Positions 16,105 to 19,586 of a DNA stretch of 19,586 bases are shown piece after piece (position 1 is the first letter of the stretch; every line of letters starts with the position of its first letter). The position numbers were made by a program, and so were the translations under genes. The notes under the pieces were generated by a model that saw nothing but the letters and a program-made list of their open reading frames with translations, did no database searches and had not been told where the DNA came from. The stretch is from an uncultured bacterium (GTDB taxonomy: Bacteria; Babelota; Babeliae; Babelales; RVW-14). The stretch covers positions 1 through 19,586 of the forward strand of contig CAVXAT010000014.1 of the NCBI GenBank assembly GCA_963759805.1, written 5' to 3'.

Positions 16105-16992
16105 ATGGATTGCACTCAAAATACTTGTGCAGAAAAACAGACACGCCAGGTTATAATCGTCACAGGGCTTTCCGGTGCAGGAAAAAGTGGTGTAATCAGA
16201 GGGCTTGAAGACCTTGGCTTTTACTGCGTTGACAATCTTCCCGTACCAATGCTTTCTGTCTTTTTAAATCTTGCATTCCAAACACAAACTCTCAAGGTTG
16301 CACTTGGCATCGATGCCAGAGGCGAACAGTTTTTTACTGATTTCATAACAGAAGTACAAAAATTAAAAAAAGAACTTGGGACCAATTTAAAAATAATATT
16401 TTTAACAGCTTCCACAGAGACTCTTATTAAACGATTTCAGGAAACTCGTCGAACGCATCCGTTGGCCAAAGACATCGATCTTTTGCAGGCAATTGAAAAA
16501 GAAAAACAGATTTTGGCACCGATTATGGGCATGGCAGATATTAAACTGGATACCAACTCATTTAACACACATGATTTGAGAAAATGGGTCAGCGCCGCAT
16601 TTTCAAATGAACAGGTAAGAAAACTAGTTGTAAACTTAGTGTCATTCGGATTTAAATACGGAATCCCAACTGAAAGCAACATGGTCCATGACCTGCGATC
16701 CCTACCCAACCCATATTTCATACCTTCATTAAAGGCTTTGGATGGCAGAACTCCAGATATTCAAAATTATCTGTTTGAACAACCGGTGGTGGTCGATTAT
16801 TGGGATAGACTCGTTGATTACACAAAATTTGCAATCGATAAGTTTTATCAAGAGGGCCGATTTTTTGTAACTGTGTCAATAGGATGTACCGGCGGTAAAC
16901 ATAGATCTGTAACATTTGTTGAACGTTTAAGCAAACAAAATTGGGAAAATATTAAATTTTTGATTAACCACAGAGATGTGAGTAAAGAGTAA
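16105..16992 (+). CDS. rapZ: RNase adapter RapZ (P-loop NTPase)
   Basis: TGLSGAGKS, LEDLGFYCVDNLP, RFQETRRTHPL, SFGFKYGIP and IGCTGGKHRSV motifs. Confidence 0.96.
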   Translation: MDCTQNTCAEKQTRQVIIVTGLSGAGKSGVIRGLEDLGFYCVDNLPVPMLSVFLNLAFQTQTLKVALGIDARGEQFFTDFITEVQKLKKELGTNLKIIFLTASTETLIKRFQETRRTHPLAKDIDLLQAIEKEKQILAPIMGMADIKLDTNSFNTHDLRKWVSAAFSNEQVRKLVVNLVSFGFKYGIPTESNMVHDLRSLPNPYFIPSLKALDGRTPDIQNYLFEQPVVVDYWDRLVDYTKFAIDKFYQEGRFFVTVSIGCTGGKHRSVTFVERLSKQNWENIKFLINHRDVSKE

Positions 16993-17003
16993 AAGGCGCT
17001 AGA

Positions 17004-17297
17004 ATGAAGAAAAGAGAGACGGTTCTATTGATAGCTTTCGGAATAATTCTTTTATCAGGACTTGGCTACATTATTTTCGGAAAACGCGGAATCATTGCTT
17101 ATTACAAGCTCAAACACGAAATCGATGCAGAAAAACAACAAATTCAATCATTAGAAGAAGAAATTAAACACATTCAAGCTAAAATTGACATGTGGAAATC
17201 GGATGAATTTCATGCGGAAAAATTCGCCCGCCAGGATCTGCAGATGGGCAAACCTGACGAACAAGTCTATGTTTTAACGAATACGAACCGATCCTAG
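17004..17297 (+). CDS. ftsB: Septum formation initiator FtsB/DivIC
   Basis: 97 aa; N-terminal TM, FGKRG, coiled coil and EKFARQDLQMGKPDE motif. Confidence 0.85.
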   Translation: MKKRETVLLIAFGIILLSGLGYIIFGKRGIIAYYKLKHEIDAEKQQIQSLEEEIKHIQAKIDMWKSDEFHAEKFARQDLQMGKPDEQVYVLTNTNRS

Positions 17298-18690
17298 CGA
17301 AAATAAGCGGTTTTTTTAAAAAAACATATTTTTAACAAAAAGCCCATTTTTCTATTAAATTAATTTCTATTTGACCGTTGATGCGTTTTGATTTAAACTG
17401 AATTTAATAAGTTAAAAATTGAGAAATCTGACGAAACTGACAGAAAAAATGGAAGGGTATTTTTTATGAAAACGGAAACTTTATATTCTTTATATTCAGT
17501 GGTGTTTTTTTCAATATTAACACTTGGTGTGACTCATGTGTCTGCTATGCAGGAACCTAAAGAGACGCCTCAGGACGCGCAGGAGATTACACAATCGCCT
17601 GAGACCATTGTACCCCTAGATCGAATGCCAGAAGTTAAACAGGCGTGGGGAGAAGTAGGCAGTTCGCTACCATTGTATGCCATTCAAGGCAGGCCAGACA
17701 GGGTATCCCCAACATGGGATGGATTTGTAGCCAAAGTTGAAAAAGATGGTATCGATTATACAATTTTTACCAATGGAACTCCTCGTAAACCCCAGGAATT
17801 GAATCCTGAACAACTCAAGCTCCTTTCTTTAGTTAAAAGCCAAGACACGAAGGCCATTTGCCAGACAATTGATACAAGTCGGTCGACTGCCATCTATCGC
17901 GAACCCAGGTTTCTTTCAGAATTTCTAGCACTTGTATGGGATAAAAATTTCCGAGTAAAAGCAACAGCAATTTTTTTATTGGCCTTGTTAACCAAAGAGC
18001 AAAATCTTCCAACTTACAAAGAGCAAAAACTTCCAGCTTATGCATATCGTGTTTGGGGACAAGCTGCCATCGAAGGCAATTATAAATACCAATCAGATCC
18101 TTTTTTTGAACCGGGAACATGTAGAACGTGGATTCGTCAGTTGGGAATACATGCAATTCCTACTCGTAGAGAGGGTGACAGCATGGGTCTTTCTCACGCA
18201 ACATGTATGCCTGGAGGCATAAGTATGCCATTGGTACGTCGTACGATAAGCGAGGATTTTTATATTGTTTCAGGTCAAGGCGAATTTGTTATAAATGACG
18301 GAACCAGGGAAATTAAGTTTGAGGCCAAACCTGGTACCTATTTTGCAAATCCAAGTGGTATGCATATTCAATTTAGAAATACAGGCAATGTGCTTTTAAC
18401 TATGTTTGTGCCAACATTTCCACCATATGACGTTGTTATTCCGTTTCCTAGCGAAACAGAGTATTCTGATCCTCAATCTCGATTTGCTGCTTATTTAAAA
18501 AGAACGGATGAAGAGATTCATAAAGTGCATGGACAGCAGGGCGCAGGCTGGAATCTTCCAGAATATAATGCTCTTGTTGAAATAATTAAAAAAGATGTTG
18601 AAGATTTATTAAAAACAGATTTTGGACATAAGCAGGCTACTGAAAATTTAGTCAATCCGCTTGCCAAATATCTTCATCGTTATTTTATCA

Positions 18691-19276
18691 ATGAACTACC
18701 CCGCAGCAAGCTGACGGGGTATCTACAAATTTAATTTTCATCCCACAATGTCATTTGCCCAAGCTTACGCATACCTTTATACAAAGTTTTATAATCCTTT
18801 TCTGATCCTTGTGCCTTTACATACCTAGCTACGATGCCTTCATTCCCATACTTGCCAACAGTACTTAGATAAAATCCCTTACTCCAAAATTGTCCACCCC
18901 ATAACTTCTTTTTTACCTCCGGTGCACGTATAAATATTTCTCTAGCCGTGATACTTTTTATTATTCTTGTTATTTGTGTTGGACTGTACATCGGAACAGA
19001 CTGCACTAGAAAATGCACATGATTATTATCTGCGCCTATTTCAATGAAATCTATTTCGTATCTTTCTGAAATTTCTAAACAAATTTCTTTCAAGATTTCA
19101 TCAACCTTTTGGTCAAAAACTATCCTGCGATATTTTGTTGGGCAAACTATATGATACATGGTTATCGTAACGTTATGGCTTTTGTGGATATGCTTACTCA
19201 TGCCCGTAGTTTACCACTGTTTTTTCTTTTGTATTTATTTTATAATTAATTACGAGGCAAGCCTCGAGGAATTAAC
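18691..19276 (-). mobile_element. IS200/IS605-family insertion sequence, TnpA only (586 bp)
   Basis: Subterminal hairpins CGAGG-CTTG-CCTCG (left end, ~19254-19267) and TACCCCG-TCAGCTTGCTG-CGGGGTA (right end, 18697-18721). Right end finishes in TCAT; inserted 3' of TTAG; no target duplication. Confidence 0.88.
18731..19201 (-). CDS. tnpA: IS200-family Y1 (HUH) transposase
   Basis: 156 aa; YHIVCPTKYRR, HVH (HUH), IKSITAR, LWGGQFWSKGF and catalytic YxxxQ (YVKAQ). Confidence 0.96.
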   Translation of the reverse strand: MSKHIHKSHNVTITMYHIVCPTKYRRIVFDQKVDEILKEICLEISERYEIDFIEIGADNNHVHFLVQSVPMYSPTQITRIIKSITAREIFIRAPEVKKKLWGGQFWSKGFYLSTVGKYGNEGIVARYVKAQGSEKDYKTLYKGMRKLGQMTLWDEN

Positions 19277-19412
19277 CTAACTGGATTAAATTGAGTGATA
19301 AGCGTGATTTCGTTGCACAAAAAGAAGCCATAGCTAACAATGAACAAGAAAACTGGGGATTACGCAAAGCAGCCAGAGAAACCTTGTCAAAATAGTTATT
19401 ATTCAAATTAAA

Positions 19413-19460
19413 AATAAAATTCGGGGAATAATTCGTTGAAATTGTTTTCCGAATTTTATT
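19413..19460 (+). terminator. AT-rich hairpin downstream of the reconstructed cupin gene stop
   Basis: AATAAAATTCGG/CCGAATTTTATT 12-bp stem, extended inward by G-T pairs and AATAATT/AATTGTT. Confidence 0.5.
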
Positions 19461-19554
19461 GTCTATATACCGCCAATTCGATAACTCAATACTCGCCGAA
19501 AACATCTCCTGAAAGGCGTTTTTGCTGTGCCACAGAAGCCTCGAGTGAGAATGG

Positions 19555-19586
19555 TGTCATCCTGAACTAGTTTCAGGCCTGCCCGC
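19555..19586. repeat. Left arm of the palindromic MITE, interrupted by the start of a CCTG-foot hairpin (cut by window end)
   Basis: TGTCATCCTGAACTAGTTTCAGG matches 5586-5608 and is followed directly by CCTG-CCCGC. Confidence 0.6.

Larger units (their letters stand above)
17466..19395 (+). pseudogene. Exported cupin-domain protein with HEAT-like helices, interrupted by IS200 (segments 17466-18690 and 19277-19395)
   Basis: Signal peptide ending VSA-MQE; cupin motifs SEDFYIVSGQGEF and PGTYFANPSGMHIQFRNTG. The present ORF stops at 18734 inside the IS. Removing the IS restores a 447-aa frame ending ...NWGLRKAARETLSK. Confidence 0.8.

Noticed and set aside
18731..19201. This TnpA as the RAYT that mobilises the CCTG-foot hairpins
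   Set aside because: It is a canonical IS200 TnpA with its own unrelated end hairpins and is not flanked by the repeats. Activity in trans cannot be excluded but has no support here.
19272..19505. 77-aa minus-strand ORF as a tnpB or accessory IS gene
   Set aside because: No RuvC or zinc-finger motifs. It lies outside the IS ends and is antisense to the displaced 3' end of the cupin gene.

Overview
AT-rich bacterial chromosomal segment. The gene set and the many signal-peptide proteins whose predicted mature form starts M-E/D/Q suggest a host-associated organism such as Candidatus Dependentiae/Babeliae (inference only). Bases 1-342 are a ~60% GC ASKHA/RACo-family gene fragment abruptly joined to the AT-rich DNA (probable chimera or foreign insert). 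Next come a minus-strand cluster of exported enzymes (alpha/beta hydrolase-TPR, serine beta-lactamase-like hydrolase, GNAT), a type II toxin-antitoxin pair, a radical-SAM remnant, a palindromic MITE, SRP RNA, tRNA-Ser, rpsB with a long repetitive tail, a MATE transporter, an RMD1-like protein, mrdA, a secreted membrane protein, a tRNA-His/Pro/Arg cluster, an S41 protease, rapZ, ftsB and a secreted cupin gene split by a TnpA-only IS200. The most unusual non-coding feature is a family of about 11 short REP-like hairpins with a C(C/T)TG foot. They sit at tRNA CCA ends, inside a copied tRNA T-arm, and nested within each other and within other palindromes, with no target duplication. Downstream of tRNA-Arg(TCT) they form three identical 149-bp tandem units, each carrying an interrupted copy of the tRNA 3' end.
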